The translations under genes were made by a program, and so were the position numbers. From Mobula hypostoma (lineage: Eukaryota), in NCBI RefSeq assembly GCF_963921235.1, contig NC_086108.1, positions 84,322,001-84,386,000 on the forward strand: 64,000 nucleotides of DNA. Reading direction: 5' to 3'. The notes beneath the pieces were generated by a model. That model was not told where the DNA came from and did not search any database. It worked only from the letters and a program-made list of their open reading frames with translations. Positions 39,490 through 52,730 of the stretch are shown here, piece after piece (position 1 is the first letter of the stretch; the number at the start of each line of letters is the position of its first letter).

Positions 39490-42400
39490 TCTATAGTTAT
39501 TAAACAAATAAACATTATTAGTTGGAATGTATGTGGCTGGAATCACCCTATTAAGCAAAAGAAGACTTTTTAAATTATTAATCGATTCCAGCCCGATATA
39601 ATTTTTGTTCAATGGGCGATCAAAATAGATTTTTTAAAACGTGGCAGGGCCTTCAATATCATGCTACTTCTCAAAATAAAACAAAGGGAGTATGTATTTT
39701 TATTAAATCTAATATTTTATTTATCCAAGAAGATATCGTGTCAGATATCAATGGTAGATTTTTAATTATTAAAGGACCAATTTGTAATAGAAAAATTGTC
39801 CTGGTTAATCTATATGGACCTAATGTACAAACGTTGTAGATGATCCTTCTTTCTTTAAAAATGTATTTGGTTTATTACCAGACTTAAATGAATATATGCT
39901 GCTGATGGGAGGTGACTTCAACTGTTGTTTAAACCCTTTGATTGACAAGAGTTCAACCACTCAGCAGCTTCCGAGTTGTTCAGCATCACTTATTAATTCC
40001 TTTTTAATTGATTATGGCTTGATAGAAATCTGGAGAAATCTACATCCTAATGATAGAGATTATTCTTTTTATTCATTCTTTGTATTCATTCTTTTATTCT
40101 TTTTATTTGTGAATTGACTACTTTATAGCTGATTTCCGATTTTTGTCCAAAGTCCAGAAATGTGAATATGATGCTATTGCTGTCTCGGATCATGCACCCT
40201 TAAGCTTAACTTTTGAATTGAATGATGTTAGTAATGTAAACTTGCCTTGGCGTTTTCCAGAAAACTTATTACAAAGTTTGGACTTTGTCAAATTTATGGA
40301 GATACAAATAAAAGATTTTTTTCTTTTTAATAATACGGGAGATGGGTCGAAATTGATTATATGGGATACATTTAAAGCGTATTTGTGAGGCCAGATAATC
40401 TCCTATTTGGCTAAGCTTAAGAAACAGACAAAAATAGAGTTAGATAGGATTTCAAAACAAATTAAAGACTTGGATAACACTTATGCAGTTTCTCCTAATG
40501 TTGATTTATTTAAACAAAGGGTTGAACTTCAATCACAGTATAATTTATTATTAACTTATTCTATTGAAAGAAATTTGTTTAAATTAAAAAGTCAATTTTA
40601 TGTGTTTGGAGATAAAAGTAATAAGCTATTAGCATCCCAACTAAAAGCAGTTACAGCTAAAAGACAAAATTTAAAAATTCATAAGGGATATGGTAGTTTA
40701 GCTTGTAATTATGAAGATATTAATAAAATTTTTCAAGGCTATTACAGTGAACGCTATAAATCTCAGTTTCCAGCTGATCCCTCTAAAATGAATGCCTTTT
40801 TACAAAAGATTGATTTTCCTAGACTATCTGTTTAAGATCAACAAATTCTCGATACTCCTTTTATTGAAAGAGAAATTCAGAAAGCTATTTTTTCCAATGC
40901 AATCTGGTAAAGCTCCTGGACTGGATGGGTTTTCAGTAGGATTTTAGAAAAAAATTTGAAAATTTGCTTACTGTACTCCTTATACGTTGGAAATGCTTAA
41001 GGATTCTTCTTTGTTAGGAGAGTTACCTTCTACATTTTATGAAGCTTCTAATTCTTTAATTCTTAAGAAAGATAAAGACCCTACGGATTGTGCTTCATAT
41101 AGACCTATCTCATTATTAAATATAGATGCCAAATTTCTTTCAAAAATAATGGCTAATTGGTTGGAGAATATACTAGCTAAAATTATTTCTCAGGACCAAA
41201 CAGGTTTTATAAAAGGCCATTATTCATTTTCTAACACTCGGAGACTGCTAAATGTAATATATTCATCCCTCTCGAAAACTCCCCAATGTGTTGTTTCTAT
41301 TGATGCTGAAAAGCCATTTGATAGAGTTGAATGGAAATATTTATTTAATGTTTTAGGGAAATTTAGCTTTGGTACTAATTTTAATAAGTGGATTAGAATG
41401 ATATATAAAAGTCCTATTGTCACTGTGATTACTAATAACTGGAGATCCCCTTTTTTCAACTTTCGCAGGGTACGAGACAAGGACGACCGTTAAGTCCTTT
41501 GTTATTTAATTTGGTGCTGGAACCTTTGGCTATTGCACTTCATGAAGCTAAGGATAATCAAGGAATTTCCATAAATGGGACTATTCAAAAGATTTCCCTT
41601 TATGCTGATGATCTCTAGTTTATATTTCGAATCCTGAAGAATCTATTCCTAATTTATTGAAATTACTAAATGAATTTGGGAAGTTTTCAGGATATAAATT
41701 AAACCTGCATAAAAGTTAATTATTTCCTTTAAATGATTCTGCTTTTATATATGATGATATTCCTTTTAAAGTTACGGATTCTTTTAAATATTTAGGTATT
41801 ATCATCACTAAAAATTATGGAGACCTTTATAGAGCTAATTTAGTTCCCTTAGTGGATTGTATGAAGCAATTATTTTCTAAATGGAATCCTCTTGCACTTT
41901 CGTTAGTTGGTCGAATTCATGCAGTTAAAATGATGATCTTACCAAAATTTTTAATATTTATTTCAAAATATTCCTAACTTTTTAACTAAGAAGTTTTTTG
42001 ATCAGGTTGATTCTATTATTTCATCTTTTGTTTGGAATAATAAAAGACCAAGAATTGGAAAGTGTCACTTATAAAAATTAAAAAAGGGTGGAGGTCTTGC
42101 TTTGCCTAATTTAAGAATGTATTATTGGGCGGTTAATATACGCTATGCGTGTTCTTGGTTATATTGGACCGATAAAAATGAACGACCACCATGGGTTGAT
42201 CTGGAATTGAAAGCTGTGAAACAATTTTACTTGTTCCTTATTAGGAGCTTCTTTACCTGTACAATTAGCCAAAATTTCTACTTTAAATATAAATCCTATG
42301 ATTAAGCAGTCATTACGAATTTGGTACCAGTTTCATAAGTTTTTTAATCTTAAAAAGTTTAACCTTTTTAGTTCAATTTATCAAAACTATTTATTTAAAC

Positions 42401-43270
42401 TTTCATTTAGTGATCCAACCTTCTCTCTTTGGCGGAATAAAGGAATTTATTCCTTTATGGATCTGTTTCAAGAAGGCCGATTGTGTCCTTTGAGAAAATA
42501 GTGACTAAATACTCTCTTTCACACCACACTTCTGGCAATATCTTCAGGTCAGACATTTTTTACAAGAATATTTAAGTAATTTTCCATATATTCAAGATTC
42601 TGACCTGTTAGACATTATTTTAAAAATGAACCCTTTAGTGAAAGGTTTTATTGGGAAAATTTATAATTTACTGTTACAACAGGATAATTATTCTTTATTT
42701 AAGATTAAGCAAGATTGGGAAAGAGAGTTTAACATGATCTTGATAACAGAGGATTGGTTGCGAATTTTGAAGTTGGTTAACTCTTCTTCAATTTGTGCCA
42801 GTCATTCTTTAATTCAGTTTTAAATTGTACATCATTATTATTTGACAAAGGAGAGACTGTCTAAAATATTTCCTATTGTTAATAGTCAGTGTGATAGATG
42901 TAAAGCTGAGATAGCTACATTGACACATATGTTTTGGTCGTGTTCTGTATTGAAACAGTTTTGGAAATCTATGTTTTCTACAATTTCTAAAGCTTTAAAA
43001 ATTAATTTACAACCTAATAAATTGACAGTTTTGTTTGGTATAAATCCTAAATATATTCATGCTATTTCTATATCAGATCAACATGTAATTGCAATTGTTA
43101 CATTATTGGCTAGAAGGGCTATCTTATTAAAATGGAAAGATGCTTCTGCTCCCACTTTGATACAATGGTTCTCTCAGGTGATGCTATGTCTTAGTTTGGA
43201 AAAAATTAGAAGCCTAACTTTTGATCCTTGATTTGACTTTGAGAAAAGGTGGGGCTCTTTTGCCTGTTAC
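39490..43270 (+). pseudogene. L1 ORF2 (APE endonuclease + RT), many stops and frameshifts
   Basis: NIISWNV, GGDFNC, SDHAP, SYRPISLLNIDAK, DAEKPFDRVEW, CDRCK...HMFWSC. Confidence 0.9.
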
Positions 43271-45849
43271 TATCATTTGACTAGAGTTAATTAAGATGGC
43301 CCCTTTCTGATTCTTGGGTAAATGGATTTGGTTGGCAGATTGATGTCTTTTTTTTATGGAAGCTTGTATGGCGTATAGCTCCAGGTTTGTGCTCCAAATG
43401 GGTTTTTTTCCTCTTTTTTTGTTAGCTGGGGTTTTTTTTAGTTAGTAGGGGTTCTCTTTTCCTTCTTTCTTTTTTCCAAAAAAAAGCTTTAACATTTTGT
43501 TTTTTTATTATTATTATTATTATTATTGATATATTGTTTAGCTTGGTTAATAGTTTGACTCTTATTATACATATTGATATATTGACTTGATTATTTCAAT
43601 GTTTTTTTTTGTTGTCGATTTTCAATAATAATTAATAAAAAGATTTTTAAATGACTGTTTGTCCGACTCCCATCAGTATTCATTCCAGGACCAGCAGACA
43701 CAAAAGCAGTTACTTTACTTACTCCAGGCAAGAAGATTGATCAACACCTCCGCCCAATACTTTATTATTTTCTGTCAGTCGCCTTATGTACAGCCCAGCG
43801 TCATTGTATGGACATACTATCAATGTATATAAGCAATCTTATGTTTTTGTATATATTGTATTTTTTTATTATTGTGTTCATTTTTTTTTGTGCTGCATCA
43901 GATCCAGAGTAACAATTATTTTGTTCTCCTTTACACTTGGGTACAGGAAATGACAATAAAAAAATCTTGAAACTTCTGCCTTCCTCTAGCTATGCTAAAC
44001 AAACAGATCATACACATTAAAATTTTTAACATGGGCCTTCGCTCCACAAAAATCAGTTAGACTTCTCAGGAAGAATTCCATCTGAAACAGATCTCAAACT
44101 CCAGCTAACACCTGCTTCAGCATGCAAGGCACACTGGATTCCAAAAGTATGATTTTGCACAGAGTCAAACATGTCCTTCCTGCAGTTTGAAGTTACTAGA
44201 CACTGTGCCTGTATTTGTAATACACAAAGAAATTGATACCAATCTTCTGCTCTTTGCAAGGTAATGTCATATTAAGTTGATTCTCTTTCAAATAAGTCTT
44301 TGGAAATGAGATAGTAAAAGATAAAGGACCAAAGTAAAGTTTGTATTATTTTTGTTACGTCAACAATAACCAATCGGTTTTGGTGCGTGTAGCTGAAGTC
44401 AGACTCACACACAATTCTTGTGAAACCCCTTTCTTCTTAGGCATCTCAGGAAACACGGGTTGCTAGACCCTCACTAACAGCCACTGGATTCCACAGTGAT
44501 AAACCCACCTTTCTCCAGCTTTGTGTGTCTAGGGTGTATACAACTTTGGTCCCGCCAAATCGGTGAGGTTGGGATGTCTCACTCACCCAGACCCTGTCTG
44601 TGTGAATGTTGTGTGATTTACTCCCCCCAGCAAGAAATAACAGATCGTACACAGCATACAATTTATAAAGTATATTTAAGAATGTTAATTTAAGCAAGCA
44701 GTTATTAAGTGAAAGAAAGAAACAGAAACAAGAAGGGTCCATTACTCTTAAGCAGTCAAATGTGTACTTCGTTGGAACTCATCTTGAACTTGTCCATCAC
44801 TCACGCACTGGACCCTCGGTCTGCGTGAAAGCACACACCACCTTCTGAACGTTGGTCGGAATCCATCTCGACCAAACAGGTCTCCCATGGGAGTACTGGT
44901 TCTTCCTTCTTGAAGGCATTCATCTGCAAAGAGCATCAACAGGGACAGCATCCTCAGCCTTCTTTTCCGGCTGTCTCCTTCCAGCTCCCACCAGCAAGAC
45001 CTTCAACCCAGCACCCTCCAGAACCTTCTCCCAATTCCACTATCCAGATTGGCTGACAGCACATTCTCAAGTTGAATAACAAGCCTCCTGTCTAAACTCA
45101 AACCCAAACAAGCTGAAAGCAGAACAGACTGCTCTTACAGAACTCTTGAAATGAAATACCTACAGCATAGCAGTAAAAATCTTAACCAGGGTGTTGCACT
45201 CTCCCCTCACCAAAAATAGTCATGTCCTCATGACTTTGAAACATATCAACCCATCATTAATAACATAATTTTCAAAGGAATTCCATGACGTCAGGACCTC
45301 CAAATCATTTGTGAATAGTAGTGACAATCTCACCAGGGGGATAGGTGCAATACTCTGTTCCCTCAGTGCATCATAGGCCAGCATACCAATGGGCTTCCTG
45401 ACTCTGTGATCTCCTTAACCCATCTTCAACTCCTCCAACTTCAACCACCTCTTGTGACCCTCCCTGTCTGTCACTCGTGTCTTCTGGCAGCTCAGGCCCC
45501 CCTACTCCATGACTGAATTTAACTTCCATCAATGTATGTTGGTGCAGCCAAACATCCTCAGCCTCCGTTGGTGCTAACCAGCAAGACCTCTCTCGGAAAG
45601 GGATATCCTTAGATGCTTCAGTAGTGTAGCAAGTACTCCTGAAGTAACCAACGCCAGCCTCGTCAGTTGAAAATGGATCTTGGTGTCCCAACATCTTCTC
45701 AGTTTAGTTTCTTTCTCATTTTGGGCTGGACATTCTGGCAATTTTGGGGGTTTCTGTCTGCTCCTGGACATACAGAACAGGTTTAACCTGGGTGCACCAC
45801 ACACTTCCTCTTTTCTGCTCAGCATCCTGCTTAGGAGGAACTTACCCCT

Positions 45850-47580
45850 TCTCAAAACATAGGATAAGGTGTTCAAAAAGTCCTCTCCATTCATCTCCTT
45901 GCCTGCTCCCAGGAGCTTTCTCACAACAGAAGCATTTGTTCCCACAAGCATGGAAGCTCCACTCTTTTCAAACAGATTTGGGCAGACCAACAATGGTGTG
46001 TTAATAGTCTCAGTTACTCCAACATCTGCTTCCGAAAACTCCAACTGCAACAACAAGTAACCATCGTAGGGGTACTCATCAGTACTAAGCCCCTGAATCT
46101 CGAGTACTGAGTGGCGTCAATGGTAAATGCATCAAATATGGGTTGTAAAAGGATCAACAAAGCAATGTAGCTTGAGAACACAAGTCACGTATGAGTCTAG
46201 CATAAACACCTTCAATCAGTATGGATACATCAGAGCTTGGTCCCACTAAGTGTTCAGGAATAGTGTTTTCTTTAGTACGTCCCTTGATACACTGATAGGA
46301 ACATACCCTCTCCGAAATGTCAGCCCACTCCTTTACTGGGTCCCTCTGTAGTTTTACCTCTTTTAGTCTCTGTTTGATCAACTGCTGATTTAATTTCCAA
46401 AGATTTTCCTGTCATTCACACTCCTGCTTGAAATGTCCATCTTCTCCACAGTTGTAACAGAAAATACCGGTCACTTCTTTAGTCAAGGGACCCCATTCAG
46501 CAGCAGTTCTCTGCTTTGTACATCCCATCAGTGGGTCCAGTTTCCTATTGGCTTTGTCATGCTTGGTGACAATGCCTGCCAATATCAACCAGAATAAATC
46601 AGTTCTAAAATCTTGCACGAAATCCTGTAAAATACCCCTGCCTGTTGGACATCAGGGATCACTCCAGCAACAGCGTGTACTACCGAGGACTGTGCCCTGA
46701 GGCCTCCCGCTCCTCCATCGCATGTTCCTCCTCTCTGAGTAACTTGGTAAAAGATGGAAGAGGGCACATCTTGTGGGTCATTCGAAGATGTAGAGCAATC
46801 ACATCATGTGACAGTGCACCCTTCACAATTTGCTCCATCCTCAAGCAATTTTTCTCAGACAGTTGAATGCCCCCTTTGTGGCACAAACAGTGCAGCAGCT
46901 TCTCCAACCTGAGAATGTAGCAGACAACTTCTTTCCTTCCTCCCGAAATGTGTGCCTAAATCTCATCCTAAGACTGGCTGCACCCCCAGCACTATCAAAT
47001 GCATCTTCCTGAGCTTGCAGATAATTAGCCGATGTGGCTAATGGAATTTCTACCTTGAGGAACCTCACTATAACAACTGGTGGCCCCTTTAAGCTCTCTA
47101 CCAGTCTCAGTTTTTTCATATTATCCGAGCTCTGCCATTCACCCAATAACTGAGGTGTCTGTGAAGCCCAAGCCTCGTATTCTTCTTCCCCATCAGGTGT
47201 GTGCTTGACCCCAGAGAACACTCCTAGCCTACAGTAATTTTGGCTCTCCGCAGGTATAGTTCTGCATTTATCAACGAGTGAGGTAACAGACAAAATTAGC
47301 TCAGAATTTAAATCAGCAGTTGAAGGACAATTCCTTCCCCTCACTCCACAGAAACAACAGCAACTTTTCTTTAAAGTCTCCGCCCTCAGCTATGGGAAAC
47401 TCAACTTCCCATTCGGCACCCTTCCCTACACTCCCCACTTCTCAGAAAGTATGGACGGCCCATGGCCCCACCTCTCCCGGACCCCAATAATAACAGGCAG
47501 ATCCACTGCCATTACATCAGCGCACATCCTTAAACGTACAACCCACTTGATCAACGTTCAGGGCAATCACACAGCATCCA
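45850..47580 (-). pseudogene. PNMA/Ma-like Gypsy gag with CCHC knuckle and protease remnant
   Basis: RLGVFSGVKHTPDGEEEYEAW...KKLRLVESLKGP; IFCYNCGEDGHFKQEC; LVGPSSDVSILIEGV. Confidence 0.85.
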
Positions 47581-48237
47581 ACGACAACAATCCATGATGA
47601 TAACCCCACAATGAAACCCCTTTCCCTTCGGCCGTCTCTGGAAACCTGGTTCATTAGACCTTCGTTAACAGCCACTGGATTCCGTGATGATGAACTCATC
47701 TTTCTCCGACTTCATGCATCTAAAAAGTATACAACTTTGGTCCCACCAAATCTGTGAGGGTGGGATGTCTCGCCCACCCAAACCCCTGTTTGTGTGAATA
47801 TTGTGTGATTTCCTGCCCCTGGCAAGAAATAACAGATTGTACACAGCACACAATTTATAAAGTATATCTAAGAAAGTTAATTTAAGCAAACAGTTATTAA
47901 ACGAAAGAAAAAAAACAAGAACAGCCCATTACTCTAAAGCAGTCAAATGTGCACTTAAGTTGGAGCTCATCTTGAACTTGTCCGTTGCTCACGTGCTGGA
48001 CCCTTGGTCTACGTGAAAGCACACACCACCTTCCAAACACCACTCGTAATCCATCGCGAATAAACAGGTCTCCCACATGAGTATTGGTTCTTCCTTCTTG
48101 AAGCCATTCATCTGCACAAAGCACCTTGTGCAACAAGGACAGCATCCTCAGCCATCTTTTCCAGCCGTCTCCTTCCAGCTCCCACCAACAAGACCTTCAA
48201 CACAGCAAGAACCCAGAACCTTCTCCCAATTCCACTA

Positions 48238-48461
48238 AACATACATCAAAGTTGCTGGTGAACGCTGCAGGCCAGGCAGCATCTATAGGAAGAGGCGCAG
48301 TCGACGTTTCAGGCCGAGACCCTTCGTCAGGACCTGACGAAGGGTCTCGGCCTGAAACGTCGACTGCGCCTCTTCCTATAGATGCTGCCTAGCCTGCTGC
48401 GTTCACCAGCAACTTTGATGTATGTTGCTTGAATTTCCAGCATCTGCAGAATTCCTGTTGT
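48238..48461. mobile_element. Near-perfect PLE fold-back palindrome with a hammerhead core on each strand
   Basis: 94-bp arms (48238-48331 and 48333-48426), 1-nt spacer, 2 mismatches; 14-bp TSD TCCCAATTCCACTA; absent from the other LTR. Confidence 0.95.
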
Positions 48462-48910
48462 TCCCAATTCCACTATCCTGATTGGCTTACAGCACATTTC
48501 CAAGTTGAATAACAAGCCTCTTGTCTAAACTCAAACCCAAACAAGCTGAAAGCAGAACAGACTGTTCTTCTGGACTGCTAAAATGAAATACCCACAGCAT
48601 AGCAATAAAAATCTTAACCAAGGCATTACACTTGTTTTGCAATATATTTGATCTGTAGGTGCAGAAAAGTAGAAAGTGAACAGACAGCAAGTTGAGATTT
48701 TAAAACTGCAAGTCTAAGTGAATTGGGAGATAACTTGTCTAAACAGGAACAAAGAAAGAAGGATGAAGAGAAAGGGAAGAGATATGTGGAGAACAACTTG
48801 AGAAAGAAGTGATCAAAGACTATGGAAATAACAAAACCACGTGAGGTAGGTTGGGGAAGTTTGCACGAAGACGAATAATGATCATGATAAATTAAGATGA
48901 ACATGGGATC

Positions 48911-49745
48911 TTAGAAACATAGAAAACCTACAGCACAATACAGGCCCTTCGGCCCAATATACTTAATTTAGAAATTACCTAGGGTTACCCATAGCCCTCT
49001 GTTTTCCTAAGCTCCATGTACCTATTCAAGAATCTCTTAAAAGAGCCTCTTGTATCCACCTCCACCACTGTTGCTGGCAGCCCATTCCACGCACTCACCA
49101 TTCTCTGCATTAAAAAGAAACTTACCCCTGACATCTCCTCTGTACCTACTTCCAATCACCTTAGAACTGTGCCCTCTCATTTTAGGCATTTCAGCCCTGG
49201 GGAAAAATTCTCTGACTATCCACTTGATCAATACCTCTCATCATCTCATACACCTCTATCAGGTCACCTCTCATCCTCTGTCGTTCCAAGGAGAAAAGGC
49301 CAAGTTCACTCAACCTATTCCCATAAAACATGCTCCCCAATCCAGGAAACATCCTTGTAAATCTCCTCTGCACCCTTTCTATAGTTTCCACATCCTTCCT
49401 GTAGTGAGGTGACCAAAACTGAGCACAGTACTCCAAGTGAGGTCTGACCACGGTCCTATATAGCTGTAACATTACCTCTCGGCTCTTGAACTCAATCCCA
49501 AAGTTGATGAAGGCCAGTACACCGTATGCCTTCTTAACTGCAGAGTCAACCTGCACTGTAGCTTTGAGTATCTTATGGACTCAGACCCCAAGATCCCTCT
49601 GATCCTCCACACTCTCAACAGTCTTACCATTAATACTATATTCTGCCAACATATTTGACCTACTAAAGTGAACTACCTCACACTTATCTCGGTTGAACTC
49701 CAACTGCCATTTCTCAACCCTGTTTAGCATCCTATCGATGTCCCG
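48911..49745 (-). mobile_element. CR1 3' fragment
   Basis: LYRTVVRPHLEYCAQFWSPHYRKD...RMRGDLIEVY. Confidence 0.9.
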
Positions 49746-50940
49746 CTGAGAATACGGGACTTTTGCTGGTTGGCTGCCATTACTAGGGGTGTCGGTGCTG
49801 GGATCGCTTCTTTTCACGTTATATGTCAATGATCTGGCTGATAGAATTGATGGTTTTGTAGCTAGGTTTGTAGACAAAGATAGGTGGAGGGGCAGGTAGT
49901 GTTGAGGAAGCAGAAAGACAGATAGATTGAGAGAATGGGCAAAGAAGTGGCAGATGGAATACAATGTAGTGAAGTATATGATCATGAACTTTGGTAGAAG
50001 GAATAAAGGCATAGCAAATTCAGAAATCAGAGGTGCAAAGGGAGCCCTCATGCAGGATTCCCTAAAGGTTAACTTGCAGGTTGAGTCAATGATAAAGAAG
50101 GCAAATACAACAGCATTCATTTTAAGAGAAATAGAATATAAAAACAAGAATTTAATGCGGAGGCTTTATAAGGAAATGGTTGGGCCACAGCTGGATTATT
50201 GTGCAAAACACATAAAAAATGCTGGTGAATGTAGCAGGCCAGGCGGTATCTATAGGAAGAGGTACAGTCGATGTTTCCGGCCGAGACCCTTCGTCCTGAC
50301 AAAGAGTCTCAGCCCAAAACGTCAACTGTACCTCTTCCTATAGATGCTGCCTGGCCTGCTGCATTCACCAACACTTTTTATGTGTGTTGCTTGAAATTCC
50401 AGCATCTGCAGATTTCCTCGTGCTTGGATTATTGTGAGCAGCTTTTGGTCCCTCATTTAGGGAAGGATGTGCTCACATTGGAGGGCTCAGAGGAATTTCG
50501 CAAGAATGATTCTGGGAATGAAAGGGTTAATGTATGAGGAACACTTGATAGCTCCGGGACTGTACTCACTGGAGCTCAGAGGAATGAGGGGGATCTCATT
50601 TAAACATATTGAATATTGAAAGGCCTAGATAGAGGGGACGTGACGAGGATGTTTCCTATAGTGGGGGAATCTTGGACCAGATGGCACAACTTCACAATAC
50701 AAGGACATCTCTTTAGAACAGAAATGAGGAGGAATTGCTTTAACTAGAGGTGGCGAATCCGTGCAATTCACTGTCACCGATAGCTGTAGAGGACAAGTCA
50801 TTGGTAAAGGTGTCAAAGGATATTGGGAGATGACAGGAGAAAGGGGTTGAGAGGCATAATAAATCAGCCGAATGCAATGGCAAAGCAGTCTCAAAGGGCT
50901 GAACAGCCTAAATCTGCTCCTACATTTTGTGCTCACGGTC
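49746..50940 (+). mobile_element. CR1 3' fragment, opposite orientation, split by a PLE fold-back
   Basis: EWAKKWQMEYNVVK...; CR1 tail at about 50900-50940. Confidence 0.8.
50204..50424. mobile_element. PLE terminus fold-back palindrome
   Basis: Arms meet at about 50295 in the hammerhead core; 12-bp TSD TGGATTATTGTG. Confidence 0.9.
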
Positions 50941-51825
50941 TAAAACTAGAAGGCACAGATAAAAGAGGAGAGATTTAGGAGACAACAGAGGGAACTCCTT
51001 TAGTGGTGAATACCTGGAATGAACTGCCAGAGGAAGTGGTTGAGACAGGTACAATGTCAACATTTAACAGTCACTTGGATAGGTACATGGAGGGATATGG
51101 ACTGAACAGAAGGATGCTGTGGTCAGCAAGGACCAGTTCAGCCTTAGGACCTGTTTCTGTGCAGAATTACTCTACAACACATCGTAAAGTCAGTTAAAGA
51201 GGATGGATTACATTTAAATCAATATGTGCCTTAATTAAATTCTGGCAACATCACAGATTTACATCAAGGAGACACAAGAGATTGCAGATGCTGAAATTAG
51301 GAGCAACAATCAAACTAGAGGAACTCAGCAGGTCAAGCAGCCCATTCAGTTCCTTCAACAAATTCTGGGCAAAACTATCTAAATATTTTTAATAGAATTT
51401 CAGGACACTCATGTCGCTAACAACAGTTGGAGGTCATTATCACAGAAACCACAATAAAATGCAACATACTTCTACCAGTATATTATTTGTAGAAAGAGGA
51501 GAATTACAGAAACAATCCTATGAAATAGCACACTTTCCAACTAAACTACCTGACTGTGTCAAAGAGAAGGCAAAATTCCTGCTTAAAAATGAATCACTTT
51601 TACACCAAGAGAGAAGAGGAATTTACAGTAAAATTATAAACTAATTAATCATGCTAATTGTAAACTGCAGGAAAGCTAAAATATGATGGCTGTTTTTAAA
51701 TAGCACGCTCATGGAACATCTCACGAAGTCTGAATAAAAAAAAAGGATACATCTGGAGAAGGCCAGTTTTCTGAATAGCTCAGACTTAATTTCAAGGATA
51801 GAAAAGAAAATTCTTTGTGCAATTC

Positions 51826-52053
51826 CAATCACAAACAAGAGAAAATATGCAAATACTGGAAATCTAAGCAACACACTCAAAATGCTGGAGGAACTCAGCA
51901 GGCCAGGCATCATCTATGGAAAAGAGTGCAGTCAATGTTTCAGGTCAAGACTGTCCTGCTGAAGGGTTTCAGCCCAAAACGTTGACTGTACTCTTCCCTC
52001 CATAGATGCTGCCTAGCCTGCTGAGTTCCTCCAGCATTTTGTGTGTGTTGCTC
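51826..52053. mobile_element. PLE terminus fold-back palindrome (second subfamily)
   Basis: TGCTGGAGGAACTCAGCAGG / CCTGCTGAGTTCCTCCAGCA arms; TSD TGTGCAATTC. Confidence 0.85.
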
Positions 52054-52612
52054 TGTGCAATTCTCAAAAGTTTGTGCAATTTATGTCCTAGTCAACTATC
52101 TACAAAACTGAAAATCATGGACATGCATAGCTTGCTCAGTGAGAGGATCACAACTTGTTTCTAAATTAAATTTAAGAGCTGGTTCAAATAAGTTTGTGTG
52201 CAATTTAACAAACATCTTCACTAATCTTTCTCTCCTCTGCTCATATTCAGACAACTGTTAGGACCTGTTGTAATAAAATATTATTAAAATGAAATGACAA
52301 AATTGAGAAGACAATTCAATTAAAAACAGCATGATTATGTTCCTCCTTATTCACAAGACAGTTTCAATCCATACTTGTTATGGCTGAACTACATAATGTG
52401 TTACAATTTTGCACTGAAGCGCAGATCAAAAATTTTAGAAAATCAAAGACCAGCATTTGCTTCCTTTTAACATGTACAGTCATAAAATCTATATTAAACC
52501 AAGTGGTAAAGAATCTCACAAATGAATCTTAATTAGTATGTTAATTAGAACCTTGATCTCAATATCAGAAAACTATTTAAAGTATATTGAAATGAACATG
52601 TCGATGACTCAC

Positions 52613-52730
52613 GTAGTTCCTGGCCCCATCCATGCATGTGTAACTTCCCAGCAGAATAATAGAGAAATCCGAGCACCAACATCAGACAAACAGCCAGCAA
52701 CAAATTGCGAAAAGATCCCAGAAAACTCAT
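52613..52730 (-). CDS. ST3GAL3: First coding exon of ST3 beta-galactoside alpha-2,3-sialyltransferase 3 (cytoplasmic tail and signal anchor); full exon 52613-52760 including 30-nt 5' UTR
   Basis: MSFLGSFRNLLLAVCLMLVLGFLYYSAGKLHMHGWGQEL resembles the mammalian N-terminus as recalled (MGLLVFVRNLLLALCLFLVLGFLYYSAWKLHL); acceptor ttccaaatag|G at 52760; donor C|gtgagt at 52613; 118 coding nt, phase 1. Confidence 0.92.

Larger units (their letters stand above)
37416..43650 (+). mobile_element. Full-length but degraded L1-clade LINE (about 6.2 kb)
   Basis: Starts GGACTTCCG; ORF1 and ORF2 remnants; AATAAA tail; TSD CTGTTTGTCC at 37406-37415 and 43655-43664. Confidence 0.9.
44421..48630 (-). mobile_element. 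Gypsy LTR retrotransposon, gag-protease only (no RT/integrase)
   Basis: LTRs 44421-45198 and 47612-48630 (TG...CA); TSD CTTG; PPT GGTGAGGGGAGAG; degenerate PBS; PNMA-like gag. Confidence 0.9.

Noticed and set aside
44053..44259. MFDSVQNHTFG as a possible ST3GAL3 stem exon
   Set aside because: The good acceptor (about 44208) gives a stop in the required phase-1 frame; the similarity is too short
4241..52053. Recurrent ~36-nt palindromic motif as a CRISPR repeat
   Set aside because: Copies are dispersed, in both orientations, embedded in PLE termini, with no spacer periodicity or cas genes; eukaryotic context
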